From assembly GCF_006345805.1 (NCBI RefSeq), contig NC_043001.1, forward strand, positions 73,098,001 through 73,162,000: DNA of 64,000 nt. Direction: 5' to 3'. Source of the DNA: Octopus sinensis (Eukaryota). Of this stretch, positions 40,261 through 54,959 are shown in pieces; the first letter of the stretch is position 1; each line of letters begins with the position of its first letter. The notes under the pieces were generated by a model, which had not been told where the DNA came from, searched no databases, and worked only from the letters and a program-made list of their open reading frames with translations. The translations under genes and the position numbers were made by a program.

Positions 40261-40529
40261 TTATATATATATAATCTATAATATATCAGCATCATATAAC
40301 ATCTACTCCTACATGCTTTTTCGAATCAAACAGATTTTCTTCAGCTGGATACCCTTCCTGCCATCAACCCTTACTTGTTTCCAAGCAAGGTAATATCTTC
40401 TCATGTTTCCACAGAATATTAAAACCAAACAACAATGTTTGTGTGGTAGTGATGCTCATTTATAAGTATCATGCGATATCAAGACAAAGAGATGCAAGCA
40501 TACATGCACTCAAACTCAGACACCTGTTA

Positions 40530-40700
40530 TACATATATGTGATGTGTTTCTTTTAGTTTCTGTGTACCAAATCCACTCACAAGACTTTGGTTGGCCCAGG
40601 ATTGTAGTAGAAGACATTCTCTGAAGGTGCTATACAGTGAGACTCAGTCTAGAACGATATGGTTGTAAAACAAACTTCTTAACCACACAGCCATGCCTAT
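40530..40700 (-). mobile_element. OK-like SINE fragment
   Basis: TTTCTTTTAGTTTCTGTGTACCAAATCCACTCACAAG...CAAACTTCTTAACCACACAGCC. Confidence 0.65.
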
Positions 40701-43149
40701 ACTTATATGGCGCAATAATATATTCATCTATTCATCTAACCCATACTGCCATGGAAAATGGATGTAAAAAAACATATTTAGGTGTATATATGTATGTGGT
40801 GGGGGAAGAGAGTTAGAACAAGTGAGAAATAGGTGTTCAGAACTGAAGTGAGCAGCCTTGAAATATATATCATACAGAAATACACTTTGAACTGTATACA
40901 ACAATTGGTTTAAAGCAAAATTTTATTAAATTATCTCTTAGCTTATAGTCTTCTTGCTCTCGAAATGTCAGGAGGTTGAGAGCTGACCATCTCAGAATGG
41001 TGGTGACAAGAGAAAATGTCACAAAAATAATTATATCTTAAATATTGAACAAAAATAAATGTTAATGATCTGACAATGCGTTTATGTTTGACAAGGATGT
41101 GCAGGAAGAAATTTATCTAGCAGCTAAATTTATCTTCTGTCCAAGGTTATAGGAAATAGTTTGAAGACACTATGCTTATTTTCATGCTTTAGTACCTGCT
41201 TATGATTATTTTGAAACATATTTCAAACACATTGATGCTATATGGATCCAAATAAATGTTATAGAAATCTCATTATGAGCTGATGAATAATAATATATAC
41301 AGTTTTGCATGTGGTCTTTTTGTAGTTTTGGTGGTGTTTTTTTACCCTTTTGTCAACCAGGTACAAATAAACAGGCAAATATTGACAAACGTGTTATTAG
41401 ATATGTGTGTGTACATACATACTTGCATATACGATCAGCATCATTTAACGTACATTTTCTATGCTGGCATTAGTTGGACAGTTTGACCACAAGTGGCAAA
41501 CCAGGTTCCAGTCTGATTTAGCATGGTTTCTACAACTAGATGCCCTTCCTAATACCAACTACTTTCCTGTGTGTTCTGGGTGCGTTTAACATGGTACTGT
41601 ACAAACGCTTTTACGTAGCACTGGCACAGGACTCTAGCAAGCCAATCCTCTTCACCAGGGGGAGTGGTTTTAACACTTCTGCTGTGAAGTACAGATACAC
41701 ACATACATGCATGCATATATTTCTACACAAACACACATATAATCAATGATAGCCTTCTGAAAGACATATTTTGTTATGAAATTTTGTGAAGATACTCAAA
41801 TCTACTCAGTGATGTAGATTGTGTTTATGTCGATAAAATGTCAATAAATAATGACATATTTATTGCAAATATTCAAATGAAAATTTACTAATCAGTTTGT
41901 ATAATCACTAAGAAATTTAATAAACATAAATTATTATATGTATGCTATATTTCATGATATTTCCCATGGTAACAAAAGCATACTTCTAAAGTTCCCCCTC
42001 AAATGACAGGTAACACTCTAGTTACACTAATAATTTCTTCACTACTTCGGCTGCTATCATGGGTGGTTCTATTCTTGGATTTAATGTGATTTCTATCATT
42101 TTTGCCACAAAATCATTTGTAGATAGATTCATTATGACTATAGTGATATCATTTGGTTCTTCTAAAATCTCCAGGAACTCTTCAGATGACTGTATATTGT
42201 ATCTCCCTGCTGTGTATCAATTGATAATAATTGTTTAGTGTGCTGGTGATTTAACTACTAGAGATGTTGAGAGTCAGAGGTAGTGTGTTTTGGTGTTTTA
42301 TCAGTGTATTTTTACATCATGAAGGAGCCATTTAATAACACTAAGCTGTTAAATTCACTTGAAATTCAAATTTATTTCTTGAGGCATTAGCATTTTATTT
42401 GCACAACTGTGACCTGGTCATTGACACAGTTGCAGTGTGGCTATGTCAGTGACCAGTTCATAGCTGTGTAACCTCGTGAAATAAATTTAAATTTAAAATG
42501 AATTTAACAGTTTTTGTGTTTTTAAATGTTTTTAATTGGATTCTCTGAATCCTTATAGGTTTATTTTTGTTGTTGAGTTGTTAATTTTGGCCATATAATA
42601 TTCTTCTTTATCCACGATAACAAACATATTCCAAATATGTCACTCTTACATGTTTCTATGTTATTGTTTTTTTTTTGTGTGTTGTTTGTTTTTTAATCTT
42701 TCCAAGCTTGTTGAAGTTTGATTTTTGTCAAGTTATCTATTTTTATTACATTCACCTTGGGATAAGTTTTCAATCTGTGTTTATAATGTTCTTACGTCTC
42801 TGTGTTTTTTGACATCTTGGCAGAGAAGTGTGATATCAGTTTCTCCTCAATTTTGGTCTTATTTCTGTTGTCAGTGGAAGTTGGTACCAAAAGTGAAGAA
42901 TATGATTTAGCCTGGGATGTGTATATGTTGCTATAGATTGAGAAATATATCTTTCTGTATGAGTAGGTACATGGCCTCATGGTTAGAATGTTGAGCTCAT
43001 GATCATAATGTCATGGGTTCAATTCCCAGACCAGGCAGTGTTTTATGTTCATCGCTCCAGTTTACTCAACTGAAAATTAATACCAGCTGAATATTTCCTC
43101 CAAATGTCATAACCTGGAAGTTTTGCTTCCCTTCCCATTTTTCCGGTTA

Positions 43150-43500
43150 CACATTTCAGTCATTAGACTGTGACCATGTTAGAAGAATTTTTAGTCAAAT
43201 GAATCAATCCCAATACTTAATTCTGTTAATTCCAATACTTATTCTACCGACCTCTTTTACTGAATTGCTAAGTTACAGGGACATAGACACACTAACACCA
43301 GTTGTCAAGCAATGGATTGGGGGGGGGGCAGACAAACACACATACTATGGGATTATTTCGGTTTCTGTCTACCACATCCACTCACAAGTCTTTGTTCAGC
43401 CCAAGGTTTTTATGCAAGACATTCCCCAAGGTGCCATTCAATGGGACTAAACTCAGAACCGTGTGGTTGGGAAGAAAGCTTCTTACCACACAGCCATCCC
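43150..43500 (-). mobile_element. OK-like SINE, full length
   Basis: Same body as 6170-6535. Confidence 0.7.
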
Positions 43501-44039
43501 TGCTGGATCAAGAGAATGTCTCTTCTTGTGACAACTTAGGCACTTACAACAATTAACTAAAGTGTAGTACTATCTACCAGGTCATACTCATTTGCAAGTA
43601 ACTGCTAATGAGTTGAGTGATTTTTTTTTATTCATATGTTCCGAGCAAGACAAGGAACTGCATCCTGTGGTTAGGTTCCATCTTTAGAGTTCAAGAGTTT
43701 TCTAGAGTATGAAGTTACTCCTTAGCTACCACCATTCCAAAGTTCACTCTGGTCTTGGATGGTTGTGCATGTTTAGGGCCACAGTTATATGTCAGACAGC
43801 AGATGGTCCTAAGGCATGCAGAACTTGGAGAAGAACTGGTCCCTAAACATGTGTTACAGTGTGTGGACATGCCTTCATGTTACATTAACCATTTTCTCTT
43901 TATAAGGGTTAAATGGGCCCTATACTTCAAGGGTAAGCTTAAGGGAGAGTAGGTAACTGTCAGAGTAAACAGTGAATAAACTGGCCAAAGGCAACTGGAA
44001 ATGATTGTTGTATCTTTCCAAAGAAAAATCAATTATCTT

Positions 44040-44300
44040 TAGACTCTGTCATGATGGTTCATGATCATCACTGCCTGGAAAACAGGCATTATACATGAAG
44101 AGAGAAAGAAATTTTTCACAAGACATAAACATATGACATGTGCCAGATATGTAGACCATTTACTTATCATTATGGACACGAGACAAGAAATTTGAAGGAA
44201 TTCTTAGAAAACCACTCTGGACTAAACTTCAGCATCCAAAATATATATAGAAATAAAAACAGTGATTTTCTTGAATCAGTACAATAAATGAAGGACTTTA
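44040..44300 (+). pseudogene. Highly decayed Penelope-like RT fragment
   Basis: TCARYVDHLLII at about 44136-44171 (RYVDD-like), then in another frame NHSGLNFSIQ...DFLE (HP.IKFT.E...FLD-like). Confidence 0.4.
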
Positions 44301-47300
44301 TAGAGAGAATGGTATCTTAATATTGAGGAATACAAAGAGATGATAAGCAAATAGAGTTTAGGAAAGATCTACTGAAAGTATTGATTTAAACTTGAAAAAG
44401 TCACAGGAAGCACTAAATTGAATATCATCAACTATTTGGCATTAAATTTATTGCATGGTTGGAATAGGCCTTTATTCAGGTTGAAGAATGATCACACATA
44501 CATACACATGCACGCATGTGGGAACCTTTCTCTATCAGTCTTTGTCTACTAAATCCACTAAGAGCTTTCGTCAGCCTAAGATATAGTAGAAAACACTTGT
44601 TATTTTGGTGTTTCCCCACTGTATTGCCAGTTTCTCAGATAGGAATAACTAGACAACAAAGAAGACCTACTCGTTGCGACTGTAATAGTGTGTATTATTT
44701 ATTTATTTAAAGTATGAAGTATAATTTACATTTTCAGACTTCTAAACATTACACATTCTCTAGTGTTGCCTCTACAAATACTAGACAACAGTCAGTCTCT
44801 ATGTCATTTTAGTGAATAGTTGTTGTTAGAAAATGTAACCAACCATGAAAGTTCCAGGACCAATAATTAGTGCAGTTGTTTCGTATTCTGCATTTATCAA
44901 CATCACTCATCTTAAAACGGTTAAAACTGAATAGTTATTTGCATAGTATATGTCATCATCATAATTTCACATTCACTTTCTTTTCTGGTATGCACTGGAT
45001 GGGTCGTCATGATTCAAGTTAGTTCTTATTTGAAGCTAATATGTTCCTACATGTAGTCAAGGAATAATGCCTCACTCATTCATCTTGGCTTCATTTCTAA
45101 CATCAGCCACTTTACAGAGAGTACTGGATGCATGAAGAATGAAGAGTATAACCTGTGAACGAGATTGACCAGAGTTAAATGCCATGGAAGAGGTTGGGAG
45201 AAATGTGAGATACAGTGCTAGAGGAGTAATCAAGGAATTGTTTTTTCTTTTTTTCATATTGACATTTTAAAGTAGAACATTTAAGTACAAAGAAACAGGA
45301 AAAGAGATAGATAAAAAAGAAAAGAAAAGGTAGGGGAAAGCAGCAGAAGATGGGGGGGGGGGGAGTGATGGGTTATATACCCCAGAACAAATGATGTGCT
45401 CAGCTATGCCCTGCAGTAATGACCATGTTAGCTTGGAGAATAGCCAGCGACACTCACTGCAGTAGCCACTCTACTTTGCAGGGCTCATTTCTCTGACAGG
45501 TTCCTTTTACCCCTATTTTATGGAGGAAATCAGTATTACAGGGTCCATGTAATTAAAGACAGTAAAGGTATCAGGTTAATGATTTCTGAATGTTTACAGG
45601 TAGAAATAGTTGTATAAACAGTCAATAGTAAGAATGTTAGTGGATGTCAATAATGAATGATCTGGGGTTGAGGGAGTGATGGTTGGCAGTGTAGCGGTGG
45701 GGTGATGATGTTAGCTGGTAAGGAAGATGGATAGACGTGGAAGTCAGTGGGCCACCTGAGAGAGGGATAGTGCAGAGCATAGGGAAGTGGATGGTGATGT
45801 ATTGGGTACCTGTACATTTAATATAATCCCTTCCTCAGACATCATGAAATAGAAGGATAAAGAAGGGAAACATAGCAAAAATAGTGGTGGTAAGGGGGAA
45901 TTACTTCTCAAGCCTTTCTCTCCACTGTCTTACTTGCAAGGTTTGAGTAGTAATTCTCAGGATTTTATTACTTGTCCAGGTTGAACCTATACACTGGGCT
46001 ACTCAAATTCTGCTCTATCTAATCAATGACATTACAGTATGAATTTGCAGGAATTATACCTTTCTGCAAGAAATCACTGTGAATATTTGCTCTGATGAAT
46101 TTTGTATATTTTAACATTCATTTCTATAACTGTGTTATAAATGATTTGCTACCTTTGAAACTACATGTCCATCTGTTATTCTGTTATACTTTCATTTTCC
46201 CCAACTGATTCATTACCTTATAGCCAACTCTTATTTGCACTGATTCTGTACTCCTGTCAGAAATGCCATTGACAACAAGATGGCAATCATCTATGAAGTT
46301 AATCATTACCAATTATATAATATATATACATACACATGTTTACATATTTATGTATGTTATACATTTTGTTTTGCAAAATTCTTGATGTGAAATATCATGT
46401 TGTATCTTAGGAGGTTTATGTTGTCTATAAAAGCATACTGACTGGTTCTGGGGTTGTTGTTTTTTCTTTTTATTAGTTAACTAACTGATTAAATAATTGA
46501 TTGCTTGACTAAAGTTTTGATTAATCTATCAATTACTTGGCTTGCTAGAGTTCTTTTGTTTCTATAGATGACTTCATCAATGATATATTCTTTTTGCTCC
46601 AGCTCTATCATGCCATGCAAACTGACAAAGTTTACTCAAGTAATTAGTTATGTTAAAATGAAGTGAAATAGAAACAGTGTGTGTGTTCCATATCTGAATT
46701 TGTTGCCATAGCATGTTATTTTAGTCCTGCTAACTTATTCTTCAAGTCATCATGGCATCAGTGATGTTTTAATTTTCGGATAATGAACATAGAAAAGCCT
46801 CTTGTCTCCTCACATCCATACTGACTTCAAATAAGCATATACATTACCACGCCCTTGTGTAATAACAAATGGAAGTGTTAATTTCTCTAAAACTTTGTGT
46901 AAGTGTCTGTATGTAAAAAAAAAACTGTTTTACATACAACACATCATCACTTGTTGTGTTGCATCTGTTTGTGATTATTTTTCTGTCATCTCATAACATA
47001 TGATGAGATTTTCAACCAGCCATGTCATTAGAGTGTTTGTCTGATGGCCAATTCTGGTTACTCTCTTTACTTACAAAAGGCAGACTATATGAAAACCTGT
47101 GTAAAAAAATGAGATGTTGTATGGTTTTGTAATATATACCATGCTTTTGCTAATTCTTTTAGGTGCCTGTGTAGTTGTTAGCAGACTACATAGATACCCC
47201 CTTGGCCCTGCCTTTCTCAACGTGACAACCACTGCCTGGTCTGAGAATTGAACCATTGTGTCAAAATTTGAAATCAAATTAATAGAAAGACTCTAAGTGG

Positions 47301-47729
47301 TCACTTAAAGTGGTGTTGCGCAATATGTTAGGCTGTATTTTACCAAAACCAATACATTAACTCCTTTTATGTACTATTTACATCTAGTGGGTGTCATCAC
47401 CTCATTCTATGTTGTTGTTGTTTTTATTGTCATTGTTTTGTTGTTTTGTTACCCTACGGACATTGTGCATTATGTAAATGTGATTGTGTCATGTTTCCCA
47501 CAGTTTCATAAGACCTGTTTGATTTCTTTGACAAATTAAAACAAAGTTTGTAAGGGCAATTGGATATATTTATAACATATGACATTAGAAGTGTCAGGCC
47601 TGCTGCTTTCAAACAACATATTGGAAGCCCTTATAATTTGTGTTTAAGGGGTAGTTGGATTTACAATAGATGACATTTGAAGGGTTAAGCCTGCTGCTTT
47701 CAAACACCAAGATCAACTATGCCTCTCAT

Positions 47730-48365
47730 CCTTTTGAGATCAATAGAATAAGTACCAGTTAGGTACAGGGGTCAATGTAAGAGATTAGACCTCTCACCTC
47801 AAAATTTCAGTCCTTGTGACTACAGTAGAAGGGATCATCATCATTACTACTACTACTACTACTACTACCATCATCATCATCATCATCATGGCAGAATCAT
47901 TAGCATGCCAGACAAAATGCTTAGTGGTATTTCATCTGTCCTACATTTTGAGTTCAAATTCTGCTGAGGTTGACTTTGCCTTTCATCCTTCCAGGGTCAA
48001 TGAAATTAGTATCAGTTGCTCACTGGGGCTGATGTAATTGACTAGACCCCTCGCCACAAAATTTCAGGCCTTGTGCCTTTAATAGATGAGATTATTATTG
48101 TTGTTTTACTTCTCAGAACACTCAGTCTTGTTTGTTCTGGTAAATTCCGTGAGAGCAGACAGCAACCTGCTCTCATTATTACTATTGTTGTTGTTTCATT
48201 TCTAGCTTTCTGCACTGTGAATTCAAATGTTGCCAAGGCCAACTTTTCCTTTCATCCCTCCCGATATCAATAAAATAAAGTACTATTCATGTAATGAGGT
48301 CAATGATATCTGTTAAATCTCAGCTCTTAAAATTGTGGCCTTGTGCTTAAATCAGAAACAATAAT
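47730..48365 (+). mobile_element. Three consecutive diverged OR-like SINE copies
   Basis: Repeated GACTTTGCCTTTCATCC / AAGTACCAGTT / AAAATTTCAGGCCTTGTG blocks separated by (ATC/ATT/ACT)n. Confidence 0.6.
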
Positions 48366-48639
48366 TATCATCATGACTAATCTAGAAGAAGTGGCACTGC
48401 CATGTGTCTAGTGTGACATGTCAGTGGATGGGTTTGTCATGATGTCATAGTGGAGGAATCCATTATGACAGCAGTGACTGTGTCGGTTCTAGACATGGAA
48501 GAACTTTGGAAGTTGTAGATCATTCAGATTTGGCCACACTAGACCTCATAGTTCAGATAATACAGGATTAAGATTAACTGAAGAAAAGTCTGTGATGTTG
48601 TTACTGGTATTTAACTCATACCAGTGATAAATCATCGTT

Positions 48640-49060
48640 ATCTTCATTTTAACATCTGCTTTACCATGGATGTACATGTGAGTTGGAATTTGTTGAGTCA
48701 AATTTTCTTTTGTTGCGTACCCTTCCTGTTGCCAATCTCACCTGTATCCAAGCAGGGTACTATTTCCCCATAGCTGGCCAGACATGTTTTCAGAGAAGGT
48801 TAGAAATTGGAAATGAACAACACTGCTTGTATGATAGTGACACTTACTTACAACCATCATGTGCTGTCAAGACAAGGTTTTGGGCAGATGGACAGACACA
48901 CACACATATGATGAACTTTCAGTTTCCATCTACCAAATCCACTCACAAAGCTTTGGTTGGCTCAGGGCTGTAGTGGAAGCCACTTGTCTGAGGTGCCACA
49001 CAGTGGGACTGAACCCAAAACCATGTAGTTGGAAGTAAACTATTTAAACACACAGCAATG
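48640..49060 (-). mobile_element. Composite repeat: RTE-like tail segment plus OK-like SINE
   Basis: CCCTTCCTGTTGCCAATCTCACCTG... followed by TTTCAGTTTCCATCTACCAAATCCACTCAC...GGGACTGAACCC. Confidence 0.55.
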
Positions 49061-49479
49061 TCTCCACTTATGCCAATAATAAATGATGATAAAGAGGATG
49101 ACGTTAAGAAGTAAACAGGAATAAATATTTGTATATTTATACAAACAAAAATTGCTTTTCTTCTTTCTGCTTCCATAACATACAAGATCAGTTTTAAAAT
49201 CCCAATTTTCCCAGATTTCATCTTAACTCTCATTTCATTTTTACTTCATAACATTTCATGGTAGAGCACCTTGACCCATGCAGAGTGAAAGGGGATGAGG
49301 AGTGGTGGTCATATCAATTACTAACATCTGAGATCATCAGAAATATGTTTATCTTCAGAATTGACATTTCGCTTCAACTTTGATATCTTATACTTGTTAT
49401 CATCTCAATTTGACACCAGATAAATATGTTTTAATCTGGAAATATTTATACTGACATCTGGTTTATAGAGGCCAACTTC

Positions 49480-49760
49480 TGACCTAGAGTATAGCTAGCT
49501 ACTCTCAATTCCTATAGAGTATAGCTACTCTAATCCAACTTTATATAATATAGACAATGACTACTCTACTTCAGCATTATATTCTACTCATTTGCTATAT
49601 AGGAACATAGATATTCTACTCCATTATATAGTGTAGCACATAGTTATTGTACTCTACCGTTATATAATATGGAGTATAGATATGCAACTCCACTTCTACA
49701 TAGTGTGGAGTGTAGCTGATCTACTCCAACATTATATAGTGTGGATTGAAGCTACTCTAC
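49480..49760. repeat. Degenerate ~35-40-bp minisatellite with self-complementary units
   Basis: Recurrent (T)ACTC(C)A..TTATATAGTGTGGAGT; e.g. ACTCCAC-TTCTACATAGT-GTGGAGT. Confidence 0.55.
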
Positions 49761-51390
49761 TCTTGCTATTGACCTCGTCTCTTGTTTTGATGTTACCAAA
49801 AGTTGGCTCTATTAGTTTACTTATGCCATATTGTTATTCCTGGACTGATAAACTGGTTCACTCCCCACATCTATTACCATGATGAATCTTTTAATTTATA
49901 ATAGCAGCAATAATTAACATGTATGATAATTGTGATGATTACCAAGAGAGCCAAACAAAAATGGTCTGCCAGTGATATATCACAAATAGTTTTATTTACA
50001 TGTCATCATTGCAATTGTTGTTTATCATCATTATTTGTTATAGTCATCATCATTTCATGTCTGCCTTCACTGCTGGTGTAGGTTAGAATACCATTGAACT
50101 GGTCGGAGAGCTCTGTGTTGCTCCAGATCAGTGCCTCATAGTCTCTACACCTGTATGCCCTTCCTAATGCTGACCACTTTACAGAGTGTACTAGGTGCAT
50201 TTTTTCCATGGTCAAATTACCATGTAACTTGGGGAAACAATAGAGCTTCCTCAACTGAGACAGGAGTATAGTAGGAAGGGAGGTGACATTATGCAAGGTA
50301 TTGAGAATTTAAAGTATGCTAGAAGGGACAGGAACAAGTTTGCCACATGGTGTTAATGGGATGGAGCCCAAAGAGACATCAGCACCTACTCTCAAAGTAC
50401 AAAAAGGTGAATTGAAAAGAGTGTGAGGACAAAATATCAGGAAGGGTGTTACTTGCTAAAATTAGATTTGTAATAATTGCATTAAATAGTTGCCCAAGGG
50501 GATCTCCTTGTAGATGAAGAAAGTACGGTTAAGCATATGCCTTTTCATGTAGTAGGTATGTGTCCAACTGAACATTGCTGTGGATGTCTAATAAGACTGA
50601 AACATATTTGAAATTGTCACTCCTTACTTATCAGGTATTAAGATTCAATCAGTACTATGTGATGTTGTTTAATATTTTTATCAGTTTAAATTTCACTGTT
50701 CTATCCCTTGCCTATATTGACAAGTGGCATTGTCGTTAACACTAATGACTTTTGTTCTTATTATACATGAAATTTCAGATAATTCCCTACTCCTTGCTTT
50801 GGTTAAGTACATTCAACAAGTTTGCCTGTACTTAACTACACATGAATTATGGTCTTCAAAACAGATGGAAAATTGCCGCTCTGAAATATCTTCATTCTTT
50901 GCCTGACCCATATATTACAATAATGTCTGCTCCGTGTATATTTATGTTTGAAAACTTCATGACATAAAACAATAACACTAACAATAATTGGTTTGCATTT
51001 TTTTCATTCTCCTTATAATTATCAGATTTTCATAACTCAGCATTCAGTTTTCCTCACAAGATTATTCCATGTTAAATTCCTGCAATCCAGACACAAATAT
51101 ACTTACACACCTCCATACAGCATACACGCAAGGGCAAATGGCCCTCTCCATAAGTAGTGCAACAAAATCAACGTTTTTTGGTTACAAATGTGAAGATGTG
51201 TGGATAGGTGTGTATTCTACGAGTGTGTGTTTGTGTAAATATATATATATATATATATGAGTGTGTGTGTAGAAGAAAATTAAAGAAATTATGAATTGGT
51301 TCATCCTTTGAAAAGGAGTGTACCTCGTGCCATTCTTTGTAATAAACAAAACTCATATTTTTCATAACATCATTAGAATTTTGTATATAA

Positions 51391-51525
<135 letters not shown>

Positions 51526-52564
51526 TAATTACTATTTGAACTTTGTAACTGTAAAGAAGCCCATATTTTTTTTAACATTCTTTCATAATCAATACCAAGC
51601 TTTACTAGAATTCTTTAATCATTCCATGTCATACAGCAGACCTTCTGTCTATGATCACCATCTGTCTGTTTCGCAGTTTCTTTGGCCGTCATGTCTCAAC
51701 AAATCCCATCCAATCCATGCAAGCATGGAAAAGCTGATATTGCAAACGATAATGATGAGTAGATTAGAAGAGGTGTATAGCCTCCTAGTTCAATGTTCTT
51801 CTGTTTCTTGGACAAAGGGGTGTCTTGTGAGTGGTCATCAACAACTCCCTCACATTGCACTTCTGCTGATTCTAAAAGAGAGAGAGAAATTGATCCCAAT
51901 GTTCGACTGGATACTTTATTTATCAATACCAGAAGAATGAAAACAGAGTTGACTTCAGTGGGATTTGAACTCAGAAGACAAAAAAAAAATATCCCAATGC
52001 ATGTCAATGATTTTGCCAAACTCTGCTTTAAAAGCTGCTTTATCATATATATTTTTTCCTTTATTTTCAAGTAACCAACAGGCTTTCAATATAGAATTTT
52101 CAAAAAGGAAAACAGAATCAATAACAATCAAATATGCTGCTCTCATTGTCTTCATTATCATTAAAGGTCCACTTTTCCGTACTTGCATTGAAGACAAAGA
52201 GATAATACTTTACCGTTTGTTGCAGTTCTTCATTATCTTCTTTGTGAGGTTCTGCCTCTTGAGATCAGTTTTCACCATTTCTTCCATTATCTCCCTCAGT
52301 CTTTCTCTTCTATTCGTTCCTTTCATTTACTAATCCTCCCAACTTCCATTCTCCATACAAATCACGCTTCTCTATCAGCACCATCTTCTCTCTTGCATGC
52401 TACATCTGTTTCCTCTTATGCCCAGTTTTTTCTCTGTGATATTTTATATACACTTTCCTCTCTTTTTTTACTCTTTTACTTGTTTCAGTCATGTGACTGT
52501 GGCATGCTGGAGCACCGCCTTTAGTCGAGCAAATCGACCCTAGAACTTATTCTTTGTAAGCCTA

Positions 52565-52606
<42 letters not shown>

Positions 52607-53134
52607 TGAGCAGGCTAACATTCCTCCTATTCAGGTTACTTTGTCACAGCATTTCCCAATTACAGCTGAGTGAACTAGATCAACGTGAAGTGAAGTGTTT
52701 TGCTCAAGAAAACAATGTGCCACTCAGTCTGGAAATTGAATCCACAATTTGGCGTTAGGAAGGGCATCCAGCTGTAGAAACACTGCCAGATCTGACTGGC
52801 CTGGTGCAGCCTTCGGGCTTCCCAGACCCCAGTTGAACCGTCCAACCCATGCTAGCATGGAAAGCGGACGTTAAATGATGATGAATCTAGCAATTGTGAG
52901 TGCAACACCCTAACCACCAGGTCACATATCTTCACGCCCCCCCCCCACACACACACACACATATATGTATATATATGAAGCATAGCTGTGTGATTGAGTT
53001 CTAACCACCCAATGATTTTGAATTTAGTCCCACTGCATGGTACCTTGGGCAAGTGTCTTCTGCTCTAGCCTCAGGTTGGCCAAAGTTTTGTGAATGGATT
53101 TAATCAATGGAAACTGAAAGAAGCTTCTAATATA

Positions 53135-53349
53135 TAGAGTCCACCAAAAAAAAATCTAGATACACTTCAAAAAAGAAAGAATCTGTATAAATATTTTAAT
53201 TCAGTGTTATTGCAGTTTATTCAGTGCTATGGCATTTTGATAAAACATTGAAAGAGGCATCTATATTTATAGAAGTGTTTATACTAGTTATATACTTATA
53301 CAGGTTTTTCATTTCCTGAAGTGTGCATACAATTTTTTGGCAGACTCTG
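53135..53349. mobile_element. Tc1/mariner MITE, 215 bp
   Basis: TA|TAGAGTCCACCAAAAAA..TAGATACACTTC ... GAAGTGTGCATACAATTTTTTGGCAGACTCTG|TA. Confidence 0.7.
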
Positions 53350-54959
53350 TATGTGTTTGTGTGAGTTTGTATTTTGTTTTATATATATGTGTGTGTGAGT
53401 GTTTGTGGTGATGAGATTCTCTTCTCAGTGACATAGTTTTGTCCCACTGCATAGCACCTTGGATGAGTGTCTTCTGGCTATGGTCTAAGCCAACTGAAAT
53501 ATTGTGAGTGAATTTGGCTGATAGAAACTAAAAGAAGCCTAGCAGATTGAATGGTACTGTTTAGTTGTTGAAACTAAAAGGATTTCTTATCGGCTGCTGA
53601 TGATGGGTTGTCTAAATTTGTTGTACATACTTTTTTGTATTTTTGTTGTGATCTGTTTGTGCTTTATGTTCTCTATATTTCATTGCCATGCTTCTAATGC
53701 TTTTGTGTGTAAATTTGTTGGATTTTGTTAATTAGTTTTTATGATTCATGCTAGCCATATTTGTTGTGATTTTGTTAGACACACACACTCACATGTGTGT
53801 GTGGTAGGAGGTTTGTTTACCTCCGTACTCTATGAAACTTCTAAGCTACAACTTGTCATTTCTCCTATCAACAAATTACCTGCTTACTTCATGCCTTCAA
53901 AGCAATGTGAAATAAGTGATTTCTTATTTTGGAAAGCATGTCGTGTTTGCATGTCTATATGTCTGTGTGTATTTACACATGTATGTAAATGTTAATATTC
54001 CATGCTTGTCACCACTTGAACAAAACAATGGTGATGTTAACAAGCTTGTAGACATTATGACCAGTTGCACTGTGCTATTCAAGATCTACCAGTAACCTTT
54101 ATTAGAAAACGGGTAAAGGTTGGCAACTGGAAAAACATCCAGCTGTAAAAATTCTGCCTCAAATTAACTACCTGTCCAATTGATTTGTTCATAGAAAAAT
54201 GGCCACTAAATGAACAAATGAATGAATATATACACGTTGCCGTCATTGGCAAATAATATACTGAACAGTATGGAAGTGGTAGTGGTTTTTATGCATGCAG
54301 GCACTGCTACAATTTCAAAACTATAGTGGAGTCTACTATGAAAAATATTTGAGAAAAGTGAAATACGATTTCTCTGTGTAAAATTTATGCAGATAACAAC
54401 CCTCTATTTTGAAAAATCAAACATTAACACTTAAATTCAGATGGGAGCTCTAATGATATTAGTGATAGGAATAAATATTTCATAAATATAATATTTCTTT
54501 GTGCAACGCTTTTTAAATTGTAGCAATACCAGTTGCATATAAAAACTAGTAACTCTCATAGTTTATATTCTTGCCTACAGATAAAAATGAAATATATATG
54601 TATTATATATGTAATAATTTCAATTTGAGAAATACATTTATTTTATACGAGCCAGTCTTGATAAATGGTGTATGGAATATGTATCTTTTAGTTATTTCAG
54701 TCACTTGTAACTTTTACTTATAAAGTCATTTGACTGCAACTAAACTGGGGTACCACTTTGAGGGGTTTTAGTCAAACAAAACGACCCCAGGACTTATTTT
54801 TTTAAGCCTTGTACTTATTCTGTCATTCTGTTTTGCTGAATCACTAAATTACAGGAATGTAAATACACCTACGCCAGGTGTCAAGCGGTGGTGGGGGACA
54901 AACCCAGACCCAGAGACACACATGCATAGACATACATACCTACATGGTGATTGCTTCAT

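Noticed and set aside
40300-40345. CTGAAGA...GAAA on the minus strand
   Set aside because: No helix III or UH triplet; lies in a common SINE-like repeat.
42130-42195. Hammerhead-like CTGAAGA GTTC...GAAC CAAA TGATATCA on the minus strand
   Set aside because: G12 and U16.1 are both wrong and stem I does not pair; not distinguishable from chance.
49335-49380. GAAA-TG-TC-AATT-CTGAAGA on the minus strand (type II-like order)
   Set aside because: No closing stem II, and stem I has no loop.
50575-50615. CTGTGGA-GTCT/AGAC-GAAACATATT
   Set aside because: A6 is altered and stem I is absent.
54520-54550. Possible Helitron 3' end (GCAATACCAGTTGC...CTAGT)
   Set aside because: Only a 5-bp hairpin and no identifiable 5' end.
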